From IMG/VR virus record IMGVR_UViG_3300042342_001499: a DNA stretch of 64,000 nucleotides; one strand, given 5' to 3'. This document shows positions 1 to 8,477 of this stretch, piece by piece. Under the pieces are notes generated by a model. The model saw only the letters and a list, made by a program, of their open reading frames with translations, did not search any database and was not told the DNA's origin. Source of the stretch: an uncultured virus (IMG/VR IMGVR_UViG_3300042342_001499) (Duplodnaviria; Heunggongvirae; Uroviricota; Caudoviricetes). Every line of letters begins with the position of its first letter. Position 1 is the stretch's first letter. A program made the position numbers and the translations under genes.

Positions 1-670
1 CATGAGCACCTCCATTATTGACTGTTGCGTTTGCTGTAGTAAATCCAGATATCGCATTTGCTCCAACCCACACATAAGATGCATCATCCGAGTTGGTGTA
101 AAATGTATAAGTTTGAGTAGTAGTCGGACTGAAATAACCCAACCATTGACAACTAAAATAATCACCATCACCACTAGCTGCTTCTGATATTGCAGTAGTT
201 TGTACAGAAGTAGCTGGGTTTGTTCCAAATGCTTGAGGAGTTGCAGTTGCAAAGAAACTAACTGAATCTGCGAAATATCCAGAGTAAGTTGTTTTATATA
301 GACCTGCAAGATATGGATTTCTGTTAGTCCAATAGTTATTAGATGCTAACCAATCACTAGCTGCTGAAGCCGATGCTTGTGTAGTACCACTTATTGTAGA
401 TACCATATCTCTAAATGCTAAATCTGTATTAGTGCATCTCCAAAATTGTACATTGCCTATATTTCCTAACGGAGTAGGGAAATTTTGAGCTGGTACATCC
501 TTGCATACTACATAAGAATTATCTTCATCCGGTCCCATCCACCACGTTAATCCTCCAGGGCTAGCAGCATAGTCTAAATCAGATACTCCTATACATATGG
601 TACCTAAATTAGTAGTTCCAGCAATTGTTGATTGCGTTGGATTATACGAAAAAGGTCTTGTTGTTGCCAT
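1..670 (-). CDS. Partial virion/adhesin-like protein: conserved N-terminal domain plus PA14-like domain; runs off the window; missing from the ORF track
   Basis: Hand translation from ATG at 670: MATTRPFSYNP...WWMGPDEDN...WLASNNYWT...YTFYTNSDDASYVWVG, open to position 1; N-terminus matches the 31517 ORF. Confidence 0.75.
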   Translation of the reverse strand, partial: MATTRPFSYNPTQSTIAGTTNLGTICIGVSDLDYAASPGGLTWWMGPDEDNSYVVCKDVPAQNFPTPLGNIGNVQFWRCTNTDLAFRDMVSTISGTTQASASAASDWLASNNYWTNRNPYLAGLYKTTYSGYFADSVSFFATATPQAFGTNPATSVQTTAISEAASGDGDYFSCQWLGYFSPTTTQTYTFYTNSDDASYVWVGANAISGFTTANATVNNGGAH

Positions 671-673
671 ACA

Positions 674-1045
674 TTATATATCTCTGACAAACCTAACCCT
701 AAGATCGTATGCTTTTTTACTATGTGAAGAAATTCCTTTAGCCACATCAAAGTAATAAGCATAACTACTACTTCCGTCTTTTAATTGAGTTCTTAGAGTG
801 GCAGCTTCTCCTTCTTTTCCGCTCCAATAATATGAATCAGAAAAATCCGAATATTCCGCAGGAAATCTTCCTATGCCTCCAACATCCCTTAGTGTTTTTA
901 TTAAAGCAAGTTCTTTTAATGTAGGCAACCTCCACCCATCTTTAAGAAATTCTGCAAAAGTCTGAGCTTTATTCCATCTCACTCCTGGTATATCATTTTT
1001 GTATATTTCTATACCGAGTCCGGATATTCTAATATGATCATTCAT
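674..1045 (-). CDS. DUF1566/Lcl C-terminal-like protein
   Basis: GWRLPTLKEL, YYWS and terminal VRFVR motifs; paralog at 57751. Confidence 0.6.
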   Translation of the reverse strand: MNDHIRISGLGIEIYKNDIPGVRWNKAQTFAEFLKDGWRLPTLKELALIKTLRDVGGIGRFPAEYSDFSDSYYWSGKEGEAATLRTQLKDGSSSYAYYFDVAKGISSHSKKAYDLRVRFVRDI

Positions 1046-1128
1046 GATTTATTATATATCCAAAAAATACAAGAGGTTGGATCTGAACCAGCATGAACTT
1101 TTGTTCTCCTAAAGACTTTAAAATTTAG

Positions 1129-1202
1129 TGGTCCCTCACGGGCTCGAACCGTGGACCTACTGATTATGAGTCAGTTGCTCTAACCTACTGAGCTAAGGGA
1201 CC
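1129..1202 (-). tRNA. tRNA-Ile2 (CAT, lysidine type; Met not fully excluded)
   Basis: Cloverleaf GGTCCCTTAGCTCAGTAGGTTAGAGCAACTGA-CTCATAA-TCAGT...GGTTCGAGCCC; body resembles bacterial Ile2. Confidence 0.85.
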
Positions 1203-1206
1203 TAAG

Positions 1207-1280
1207 TAGAGACGACGAGAGTCGAACTCGTGACCGCATGCGTATAAGGCATGTGCTCTAACCAATTGAGCTACGCCTCT
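1207..1280 (-). tRNA. tRNA-Ile (TAT)
   Basis: Anticodon arm CATGC-CTTATAC-GCATG; D and T arms intact (GTTCGACTC). Confidence 0.9.
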
Positions 1281-1287
1281 ATTGATG

Positions 1288-1360
1288 TCGGGATGGCCAG
1301 ACTCGAACTGACGGCCTCCTGGTCCCAAACCAGGCGATCTACCAACTGATCTACATCCCG
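1288..1360 (-). tRNA. tRNA-Pro (TGG)
   Basis: CGGGATG acceptor stem; anticodon arm CCTGG-TTTGGGA-CCAGG. Confidence 0.93.
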
Positions 1361-1527
1361 AAATTGTATGTCTTTAAATATCCCCAGAACATACAAACTG
1401 TGCTAACCCACGATTTAGAGAATAAGTGTGCATATCATTAAAGAATACCGAAATATTCTAACTGTCTACGTTGTAGAGGCATATTCTATCTTCGATCCAT
1501 ACCCAGCGCTAGGCAGAGGGCTTTGTG
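1361..1527 (-). ncRNA. Putative structured RNA inside the tRNA operon
   Basis: About 165 nt spacer with four short hairpins; the other tRNA spacers are only 3-7 nt. Confidence 0.4.
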
Positions 1528-1601
<74 letters not shown>

Positions 1602-1604
1602 AAT

Positions 1605-1694
1605 TGGCGGAGAGTGAGGGATTCGAACCCCCGGTAACTTTCGCTACGTCAGTTTTCAAGACTGATCCATTAAGCCTGGCTCTGGCAACTCTCC
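1605..1694 (-). tRNA. tRNA-Ser (TGA), encoded CCA end
   Basis: Anticodon arm TCAGT-CTTGAAA-ACTGA, long variable arm, ends GCCA. Confidence 0.93.
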
Positions 1695-1710
1695 AATTTT
1701 ATAATCCAAC

Positions 1711-1722
1711 ATGTCAAAGAAC
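1711..1722 (-). promoter_or_regulatory. boxA-like antitermination element
   Basis: GTTCTTTGACAT resembles rrn boxA (TGCTCTTTAACA); near-identical copy at 5200-5211. Confidence 0.55.
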
Positions 1723-1724
1723 AC

Positions 1725-1758
1725 AAAAAAAAACCGAGACTTTTAAAGGTCCCGGTTT
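1725..1758 (-). terminator. Intrinsic terminator (attenuator 3:4 hairpin) upstream of the tRNAs
   Basis: AAACCGGGAC-CTTTAAAA-GTCTCGGTTT with a 9-U tract. Confidence 0.85.
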
Positions 1759-1791
1759 AGTTAATGATTATTTTTTATTAACATAGGACCT

Positions 1792-1851
1792 TTAGGATCG
1801 TCTTGACGACGGTCTTAATGATATAGGTAATATGTTAATTGTTTTGTTCAT
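1792..1851 (-). CDS. Leader peptide MNKTINILPISLRPSSRRS of a putative tRNA-operon attenuator
   Basis: ATG...TAA of 20 codons between promoter and terminator; codons match the downstream tRNA anticodons; the stop codon overlaps the antiterminator strand. Confidence 0.75.
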   Translation of the reverse strand: MNKTINILPISLRPSSRRS

Positions 1852-1887
1852 TTGAGTATTATATGTTCTCTTTGTTATTTTGTTTCA

Positions 1888-1895
1888 CAAATATA
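1888..1895 (-). promoter_or_regulatory. Bacteroidota-type -7 promoter element driving the leader/tRNA operon
   Basis: TATATTTG fits the TAnnTTTG consensus. Confidence 0.65.
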
Positions 1896-1928
1896 GAACT
1901 TTTCTATTATAAAAAAAATGTTTTTAGA

Positions 1929-2207
1929 TTATTTTATAACGAAAATAGTCTTGTGTAGATCAATAAGAAAAAACTTACTAAACTTTCCTAGGTAATTAGA
2001 AATATCTTCGGCAATATCCTCGTCCTCTGTATCAGCTACAACATAAAAAGATGCGTCATCTATAGGATCTAGTTTGCTTTCTGTATAAAAGAACACATCC
2101 TTATCTGAATCGTCTTCATAGTCTGATTCAACAGATTCTAAGTATTCACATGATTCTGTATCTGCAAATTTAAATTCATTATAAGTGGAATAGATCGAAA
2201 CCGACAT
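1929..2207 (-). CDS. Hypothetical acidic protein
   Basis: ORF track; co-oriented with 2212. Confidence 0.55.
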   Translation of the reverse strand: MSVSIYSTYNEFKFADTESCEYLESVESDYEDDSDKDVFFYTESKLDPIDDASFYVVADTEDEDIAEDISNYLGKFSKFFLIDLHKTIFVIK

Positions 2208-2211
2208 AATA

Positions 2212-2574
2212 TTATATCTCTTCTATTAGTACCTTTTTAAGTTCATAAGCTCCTCCAGTACCTGTAAGTTCGTCATAGTATCCTATTATTGAATATTGTT
2301 TACCATCCGAACTTGAATCTGCTACCATATCAATTGAACTGATCATAGAATTACCTACGTATTCCGGTTCATTAGCAAACCCAATATTAATTGTTGTTTC
2401 TTCGCCCTCTGGATTTGTAAAATTAACTACATATTCTCCTTCTTCATTGTCTTCAGTTGGTCTGAACTCTGTAGTTTCTGCTTCAAAATGAGCATCTTTT
2501 ACTAATTCTGGAGATTCTATCATTTCAGGAGCTGCTGCCATGTCGAATTGTTCGTATATTCTGATGTGTCTCAT
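2212..2574 (-). CDS. Hypothetical protein with MRHIRIYEQF N-terminal motif
   Basis: ORF; shared N-terminal motif; GATATATA upstream. Confidence 0.65.
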   Translation of the reverse strand: MRHIRIYEQFDMAAAPEMIESPELVKDAHFEAETTEFRPTEDNEEGEYVVNFTNPEGEETTINIGFANEPEYVGNSMISSIDMVADSSSDGKQYSIIGYYDELTGTGGAYELKKVLIEEI

Positions 2575-2597
2575 TTGTTTTATTTTATATATCTTTA

Positions 2598-2744
2598 TTA
2601 TCTTCCTTGAGATTTATAAGGCTTATTATAATGCTTGGCTTTTTTGCTGATGCTATTCTTACATTTAGAATGCACGCCAGGTCTTTTTGTCTTAGCTTTA
2701 CGCATATGATTCTTTGAAGAGTCTATTGATTTAGCTTTAGCCAT
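2598..2744 (-). CDS. Small basic 48-aa protein ending YKSQGR; missing from the ORF track
   Basis: Hand translation MAKAKSIDSSKNHMRKAKTKRPGVHSKCKNSISKKAKHYNKPYKSQGR; fills the gap between co-oriented genes. Confidence 0.65.
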   Translation of the reverse strand: MAKAKSIDSSKNHMRKAKTKRPGVHSKCKNSISKKAKHYNKPYKSQGR

Positions 2745-2766
2745 TTTATTATTATTATTTTATGAT

Positions 2767-3015
2767 TTATTTACCAATAAATCCCCTTTGATTAAACATA
2801 GATTGATTAATCCTTATCTGTTTTCCTGTTTTTAATAAGGTAAGAATTAATAAATATTCATCAACACTTTTAACTTCACCAGGCATTCCTAAATAAGTCA
2901 CTTTATCCCCAATATTAAGATTAGTTAAAGAATAAGGAACACCATATGGTTTAATTGGTGAGTTATCATGAATTTCCTGTACATCATAATTTTCAAAAGT
3001 TCTTATATTTTTCAT
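2767..3015 (-). CDS. Small SH3/KOW-like protein with MKNIRTFENY motif
   Basis: LNIGDKVTY...GEVKSV pattern. Confidence 0.55.
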   Translation of the reverse strand: MKNIRTFENYDVQEIHDNSPIKPYGVPYSLTNLNIGDKVTYLGMPGEVKSVDEYLLILTLLKTGKQIRINQSMFNQRGFIGK

Positions 3016-3037
3016 ATACTATTTATCCAAAGCACAC

Positions 3038-3064
3038 AAAAAAATCCCTATCTCTAGGGATTTT
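3038..3064 (-). terminator. Intrinsic terminator after the TROVE gene
   Basis: AAAATCCCTAG/TAGGGATTTT inverted repeat with a U tract. Confidence 0.65.
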
Positions 3065-3082
3065 AATAATTAGTAGTATTTA

Positions 3083-4729
3083 TTATGCTTCTTCTGAATC
3101 CCAAGCATCTATAATTGCTTTAGCAAAAACCGGCTCTTTACCTGTCCATCCAGCTAAAATTGCTCCTCTGTATAATGATTCTGGTAGAACACTGTTATTA
3201 TAACCACCAACTTGTACAGTGAATAAATTCACTTTAGGGTTAACTTTGTTTCTATATTCTTGAGCCATTGCAAGTACGTCAATGTATGTCCCTCCTTTCG
3301 TTGAATGAACAAAATTAGTTCTCCCTACTGTTTCTCTGTGTCCATAAAGATTACCATGTCCTGCTTGCATGTCGGAGTAGATGAAGATATTGTCATATTG
3401 TGTTCCTTTTTTGATAGCATCATCAAAGAATACCCAAATACCATTTTCTGTACCACCTCCTTGAGCTCTACCTCTTTCTGATGTCTCTTCCAATTGTGTA
3501 AGAAGCCCATTTCTTTTAGATACTCCTTTTAACGAAAGATTATCTCCAAATACTCCAACTTCCCCTGAATCAGATTGGAGTGAAGTGATCAAAGATGACA
3601 AGTTAGCAATTTCGGCAACAGTAACTGATCCATATTCGCTATTGAAAGCACTCCATGCAGATCCTGAGTTATCAGAAAGACACACAGTTTTACCTCCTAA
3701 TTTAGGCATGTTCTCAACTGAAATATCTAGACACTCTTCTAATGTATCCAATACAAGTTGTTTGTGATGTATTTGAGAATTTGATACTGCTTTATAAGCT
3801 GACCAATATCTGAAAGGAAATTGTTTACCTTTAATAACTCCAGCTTTTAATTGAGCTAAGATTCTTGCTGTAGTTGAAGGATCTTCGATCTCAGTAAAAA
3901 TACCTCTAAGGTTTCTTAAAAGAGCCATATGGGGAATCAAGATTGTGTCTGTGATATCTCTCCAGTTTTTTCCTTCTGATTTTAGATTCTCCCAAGTTTT
4001 CTCTGCGTCAGATACTTTTAATCCTCCTGTTGTCATTAGCTCGTTAATATCTTCACTCTTAGCATGCGAGATACGAACAAGATCAATTAGACTTTTACCT
4101 TTGTATTTGTTTAATTGGTAACGAGAGAATTCTGCAAGTTTTTCTGCCCAAGTTCTTTTCACTAATGATGAAAGACCTTTTTTAGACGAATTCTTATACA
4201 TGTAGTATTCGAATTGGTTGGTCAAATCGTCTGGACGTAGAGCAATAGATTTACCTATCTTTTTCATGTAACCTGGATTTTTCTCGTTGAACTCCTGACG
4301 TCCTTCGTGCATACTCGCTTTCATGAATATTACAGCAGGATTTAGACGCATGTAGTACTCGTTACGAAGTTCTAATGTCAAATCTAATGTTGCTTTAAAG
4401 TCAAAGTCTAAAGCTGCTTGTATGGCAATTTCAAATATGTCCAATGAAGTCATATTGTCTATAACTTCTCCTGATTCTTTTTTGAACAGCGGTGAAAGTA
4501 TTGAATACTCTAAAATTGTACTAAGATTTTTAGGTGATCCAAGTCCATCTCTATAATACTGTGGTTCTCCAAAGATTGAAGACGCAGCAACAATCTTTAA
4601 TGTGTTCAGTGGGGATAAAGAATAAGATGTTCCACCCATGAAGTTCTCTACTCCTAGTGCTCCGTAAGAGGAGTTTTGTAAAATTTGCATTGCTGTTTTT
4701 TTGTCAGCAAATTCGCCTAGTCTTGACAT
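3083..4729 (-). CDS. Ro60/TROVE-domain RNA-binding protein with C-terminal vWA domain
   Basis: HMALLRNLR, KQFPFRYWSAY, DLVRISH and vWA MIDAS-like DNSGS motifs; 548 aa. Confidence 0.9.
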   Translation of the reverse strand: MSRLGEFADKKTAMQILQNSSYGALGVENFMGGTSYSLSPLNTLKIVAASSIFGEPQYYRDGLGSPKNLSTILEYSILSPLFKKESGEVIDNMTSLDIFEIAIQAALDFDFKATLDLTLELRNEYYMRLNPAVIFMKASMHEGRQEFNEKNPGYMKKIGKSIALRPDDLTNQFEYYMYKNSSKKGLSSLVKRTWAEKLAEFSRYQLNKYKGKSLIDLVRISHAKSEDINELMTTGGLKVSDAEKTWENLKSEGKNWRDITDTILIPHMALLRNLRGIFTEIEDPSTTARILAQLKAGVIKGKQFPFRYWSAYKAVSNSQIHHKQLVLDTLEECLDISVENMPKLGGKTVCLSDNSGSAWSAFNSEYGSVTVAEIANLSSLITSLQSDSGEVGVFGDNLSLKGVSKRNGLLTQLEETSERGRAQGGGTENGIWVFFDDAIKKGTQYDNIFIYSDMQAGHGNLYGHRETVGRTNFVHSTKGGTYIDVLAMAQEYRNKVNPKVNLFTVQVGGYNNSVLPESLYRGAILAGWTGKEPVFAKAIIDAWDSEEA

Positions 4730-4755
4730 ATATTTATTTTTAATCGTTACGCAAT

Positions 4756-4790
4756 AAAAAAGGGTTCAGTCGCATAGCGTCCAAACCCCT
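4756..4790 (-). terminator. Terminator-like hairpin between the Y-like RNAs and the TROVE gene
   Basis: GGGTTTGG-ACGCTATGCGA-CTGAACCC followed by TTTTTT. Confidence 0.65.
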
Positions 4791-4798
4791 TAAAGTTA

Positions 4799-4874
4799 TA
4801 TTCTGAGTATATTGATGAAGAGTGTTGTTTCGTGCAAATTTATAAGAAGTAACTCTTTACCCCGCTTCAGAATA
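4799..4874 (-). ncRNA. Y-RNA-like element 3
   Basis: Closing stem TATTCTGA/TCAGAATA, GAAGCGG motif, inner stem AAGAGT/ACTCTT, TTACTTC. Confidence 0.6.
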
Positions 4875-4883
4875 ATAATTTAA

Positions 4884-4954
4884 AAACCGAGAATATTAAA
4901 TAAGGATGTTTTTATTTCCTGTATGATGTAATCCTTATTCCCGCGTCGGAGTTT
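4884..4954 (-). ncRNA. Y-RNA-like element 2
   Basis: CCGA/TCGG closing stem, GACGCGG, inner stem AATAAGGAT/ATCCTTATT, TTACATC. Confidence 0.6.
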
Positions 4955-4970
4955 ATTTTATTAATAATAC

Positions 4971-5193
4971 TTTCTTGAGAAATCTTTAAAAGGTGGTCCC
5001 TCCTTATGGGAGGTAATCATTCCTTTATTTCTAGTCCAGTGAATTGAACCGAGCTACTGTATTCTTCTTTTAAATCCTTACGAAAATAAAAGCGTCTCAT
5101 CTATAGCAGTACTGAGAACCTATGTAGATTAGAACCGGAGAACTAATCTTTTCATCGATTATATGAAGTAACCCTCTAAACCGCTTCAAGAAA
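4971..5193 (-). ncRNA. Long Y-RNA-like element 1 with a multi-hairpin insert
   Basis: TTTCTTGA/TCAAGAAA closing stem, GAAGCGG, TTACTTC, internal hairpins and a T-loop-like GGTTCAATTC. Confidence 0.6.
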
Positions 5194-5199
5194 ATAAGT

Positions 5200-5238
5200 A
5201 TGTTAAAGAACGTGTTTTTAATAATATTCGCAAATATA
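5200..5238 (-). promoter_or_regulatory. Bacteroidota-type promoter (TATATTTG, 5231-5238) plus boxA-like GTTCTTTAACAT (5200-5211)
   Basis: Same two motifs as upstream of the tRNA operon. Confidence 0.6.
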
Positions 5239-5247
5239 CTAAAAGTT

Positions 5248-5565
5248 TCAATTTATTATATATTCCTCTAAGAATTTTTTTATTTGATCTTCAGTTTTTA
5301 CGCCAGAGAATCTTGAAATTTCTTTTCCCCCTTTAGTTAAAATGCAAGTGGGAATGTTTCTGATATTAAATTTTTTTGTGTTTTCTTCCACTTCTGAAAT
5401 ATCAACTTTAATGAAATTATATGATTCAGAAAGAGATTCTTCGACTTTTGCTAGAGTGGGTTTAAGAATTTTACATGGTCCACACCAATCTGCAGAGAAA
5501 AGAATTAAAGTCTCCTTATCATTATTTATTGCTTCATTTAATTGTTCATCACTATTAATTGTCAT
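5248..5565 (-). CDS. trxA: Thioredoxin
   Basis: WCGPC active site, 105 aa. Confidence 0.92.
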   Translation of the reverse strand: MTINSDEQLNEAINNDKETLILFSADWCGPCKILKPTLAKVEESLSESYNFIKVDISEVEENTKKFNIRNIPTCILTKGGKEISRFSGVKTEDQIKKFLEEYIIN

Positions 5566-5614
5566 TTTTATAGATTATTTCTTTATGGTATATAACCATT
5601 AGCAGAATAAAAAA

Positions 5615-5989
5615 TTATTCACTTTCTGAAGAAACTGGTCCTTCATTTTCTTCAGAAATTTCTAAGTCTTCATTTTCCACAACAATTGTTGGTAAATCCC
5701 CTGATTCATCAGAAAATTTATTATTCGAATCTTCATTTTCTTGTAATTCGGGACCTTCATTAATTTGATCCGTAGCTAGAACATTTAATTTCTTTGTGAA
5801 GTCTTCTGAAATGTGCAAAGCACCTTTACCTTCTCTAATTTCTGGAGTTTCTGGAGCTTCTTTCATTAATTCCTGCTGCTGTGCAATTAACTCCATTAAT
5901 TTTTTCATTTTTGTTTTAGAAATGCCAGTAGGTTTTGGTGTATATTTTACTGGCTTACCTTTTTTCTTTCTTACTTTACTCTTAGGCAT
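5615..5989 (-). CDS. Hypothetical protein with basic N-terminus and acidic C-terminus
   Basis: ORF composition. Confidence 0.6.
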   Translation of the reverse strand: MPKSKVRKKKGKPVKYTPKPTGISKTKMKKLMELIAQQQELMKEAPETPEIREGKGALHISEDFTKKLNVLATDQINEGPELQENEDSNNKFSDESGDLPTIVVENEDLEISEENEGPVSSESE

Positions 5990-6034
5990 AATAATTTTTT
6001 CTCTATCATAGACAAAAAGATGATATATAGTTTC

Positions 6035-6784
6035 ATGCTAAGAATACTAAAATTCTCAGAATTTCTAAATGAATCTGTTGATCAAACTATGAAATATTTT
6101 GGTTTAGATGAAAGGTTCGAATGGAGTAAAGAACTTGGTGAATTAGCAGAAAATATTCTAGATAAATCTAATGAATTAAAAGAAACATACGGATATGGTA
6201 GAAGAAGTGATGACGGATTTGAGTTTGATATAAAAACAAGATCTTGGCCAGATCTAGATAATCTTGCTGAAAAATATAATACTACAAAAGAGGAGATAGA
6301 AGATCTTTGGTATCTTTTCTTAAGTGATCAATTAGAAATGTACGGAGATGATATAATAGAAAACGATAATATCTTTGATGATTGGTCACAAGGAGGCAGA
6401 AGTGGAGGATGGTTAATTCTAAAATATAACGAAAGAATAATTAAATACACTGAGGAAACAATAGATGATGACATAACAGATTATAATTTATATGCAAATC
6501 GGGTAGATGATGAAGATTTTAATGAGTGGAAAGAATTCCAAAAAAAAGGAGGAAAAGGATTAAGAATGCTAAAGTCATTCAATATAAAAACTCCAATACC
6601 CGAAGATATTCAAATTTTAGAAGAAGAATTCAATACATGTAAGCCTAATCTAGAATTACTGATTGAAGAATTGAATGTATTAGAAACTCACCTAATTAAG
6701 GTTAAAAAATCTATAGATGATTTTTGGAATAACTCTAATGAATATTTTAATGATTTCTTAGATGGCCAGTTTGATTTAGATTAA
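6035..6784 (+). CDS. Hypothetical protein with MLRILKFSEFLNE motif
   Basis: Start moved to ATG 6035 after GATATATA. Confidence 0.65.
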   Translation: MLRILKFSEFLNESVDQTMKYFGLDERFEWSKELGELAENILDKSNELKETYGYGRRSDDGFEFDIKTRSWPDLDNLAEKYNTTKEEIEDLWYLFLSDQLEMYGDDIIENDNIFDDWSQGGRSGGWLILKYNERIIKYTEETIDDDITDYNLYANRVDDEDFNEWKEFQKKGGKGLRMLKSFNIKTPIPEDIQILEEEFNTCKPNLELLIEELNVLETHLIKVKKSIDDFWNNSNEYFNDFLDGQFDLD

Positions 6785-7378
6785 CTCTAAATCCTTCCAT
6801 GTGGTATCCCAAAGGGATTCAGATTCACATTTAACTTGTTTATCTTCTCTTTTAAAGTGTATAAAATCGCTTTCAAACACATCATTAACTAATACCTTAG
6901 GAACAGATATTAAATCGGCTATAAGCTCGCCATATTTTTCCATCTCAGAAGGTTTCTCCCCTTCAGTTCTTACAAATACGCCAGAAATGTTATGTGAATA
7001 TCCATTAACAATATCCTCAATGTAGACTCTATCCTCCGTTTTTATTTTATCAAGATTGGGATTTTCACATTCTTCTAAAGTGCGGTCATTAATAAACCAC
7101 CATGAATTAGTTGTTTCTTCGTGAATATAAACACCTATTTTTTCTGAAATTTTTCTTAGAAATGAAGCTTGTAGATTGGTTGGTTGATAAAATGTATCTA
7201 TAAAGTCCCCATTGCTTTTTGATACTTTTTTATATTTTCCCTCGTATATAAATTTAGGATTTCTTTTATCGTCTAGAAGAATACCATCAACATCAAATAA
7301 ACAGAAATTTCTAGGAAGATGTGTTCTATGACCCTCCGAAAAAAGATTAGATTTACCCCAATTTCTATTAGTTGACAT
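6776..7378 (-). CDS. Hypothetical protein, possible PD-(D/E)XK nuclease fold
   Basis: DVDGIL...IYEGK pattern only. Confidence 0.45.
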   Translation of the reverse strand: MSTNRNWGKSNLFSEGHRTHLPRNFCLFDVDGILLDDKRNPKFIYEGKYKKVSKSNGDFIDTFYQPTNLQASFLRKISEKIGVYIHEETTNSWWFINDRTLEECENPNLDKIKTEDRVYIEDIVNGYSHNISGVFVRTEGEKPSEMEKYGELIADLISVPKVLVNDVFESDFIHFKREDKQVKCESESLWDTTWKDLELI

Positions 7379-7416
7379 ATTTTTTATATCAGTTTTAAAA
7401 AGTTTGTTTCGTAAGA

Positions 7417-7671
7417 TTAATAATTATTAGGTAGAATACCAGCTTCGTATTGAGATTTTCCGTTTTTAAGAAGGAATTCTAACTGAGTCCATTGTTTATT
7501 ACTAAGTGACCTTTTATTCTTAGCCTGATCCCAAAGACTTAGAAAGAATTTATTGTATCTGTACTTATCATGGAGCCAATCCCACAATTTCTGGTAGTAT
7601 TCAATTTCAGAATCAGTAAATTCTTTTCTTCCTCCTTGTATAAAATTTTCAAATATCTGGATATGATTCAT
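7417..7671 (-). CDS. Hypothetical protein with MNHIQIFENF motif
   Basis: ORF; shared N-terminal motif. Confidence 0.6.
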   Translation of the reverse strand: MNHIQIFENFIQGGRKEFTDSEIEYYQKLWDWLHDKYRYNKFFLSLWDQAKNKRSLSNKQWTQLEFLLKNGKSQYEAGILPNNY

Positions 7672-7718
7672 ATTCTATATATTCATGAAGGTATTTAAAA
7701 AGATAGGATATATAATAC

Positions 7719-8477
7719 ATGCCAAATGAACAATTAGAAAAATTAATGGAGTATCTTTCTGGTAAAAAGAAGGTACTATTTTTAACCACATCTAATAGAT
7801 GGGAGGGGAGTAAAGAGATACCTAAGTCTACTCTTCTTGCAATGGATATACAGAAAAAATTAGCGGAATCAACTGAGGTTGTCCTATTGGAAATACCTAA
7901 ATTAAAAATATTTCCTTGTGAAGGTAACGTATCTGGTGTAGAAGGTAATAATTGTGGTGTAGAAGGTGCACAACTAAAAGACGAAGAAAAAGATCCATCA
8001 GGAAATCATAGATGCTGGGCTTCTCTTAATAACAAGGAAGATGAACTTTGGAAAGTTACTAAAGAACTTTTTGAATCCGATGCGGTAGTTTTCTTTATAA
8101 GTGTTAGATGGGGTCAAGCAAACGCATTCTATCAGAAACTAATTGAAAGATTAAACTGGATAGAGAATAGAAAAACAACACTGGAAGATATTAACGTTGT
8201 AGAAGGTATAGATGCAGGATGTGTTATTATAGGACAAAACTGGAACGGAGAAACAGTTCTAGAGACACAAATGCAAGTATATGAATTTTATGGATTTAAT
8301 GTACCAGAAGAAATGTCTTTCTATTGGCAATTCACTCAAGATTCTAATGACGAATCACAAGAATCCTACAAAGAAGCCCCTAAAGTTTTTGGTAGAGAAT
8401 TTGAAATCTCAATTACAAGATTAAAAGAGTCTTTATCAAATCGCTATAGAGGTATTAAAAGACTCTTCGAATTCTAA
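7719..8477 (+). CDS. Flavodoxin-like NADPH-dependent FMN reductase / iron-sulfur flavoprotein family
   Basis: TSNR...KST, PCEGNVS...C...C, SDAVVF...WG...KLIERL. Confidence 0.75.
   Translation: MPNEQLEKLMEYLSGKKKVLFLTTSNRWEGSKEIPKSTLLAMDIQKKLAESTEVVLLEIPKLKIFPCEGNVSGVEGNNCGVEGAQLKDEEKDPSGNHRCWASLNNKEDELWKVTKELFESDAVVFFISVRWGQANAFYQKLIERLNWIENRKTTLEDINVVEGIDAGCVIIGQNWNGETVLETQMQVYEFYGFNVPEEMSFYWQFTQDSNDESQESYKEAPKVFGREFEISITRLKESLSNRYRGIKRLFEF

Noticed and set aside
1361..1527. Intron-split or hidden tRNA-Leu(TAA)
   Set aside because: No T-arm (GTTCRA), D-arm or acceptor stem could be assembled by eye.
4799..5193. Possible CRISPR array
   Set aside because: The repeats are degenerate, structural and irregularly spaced, and there are no cas genes; they fit Y-like RNAs better.
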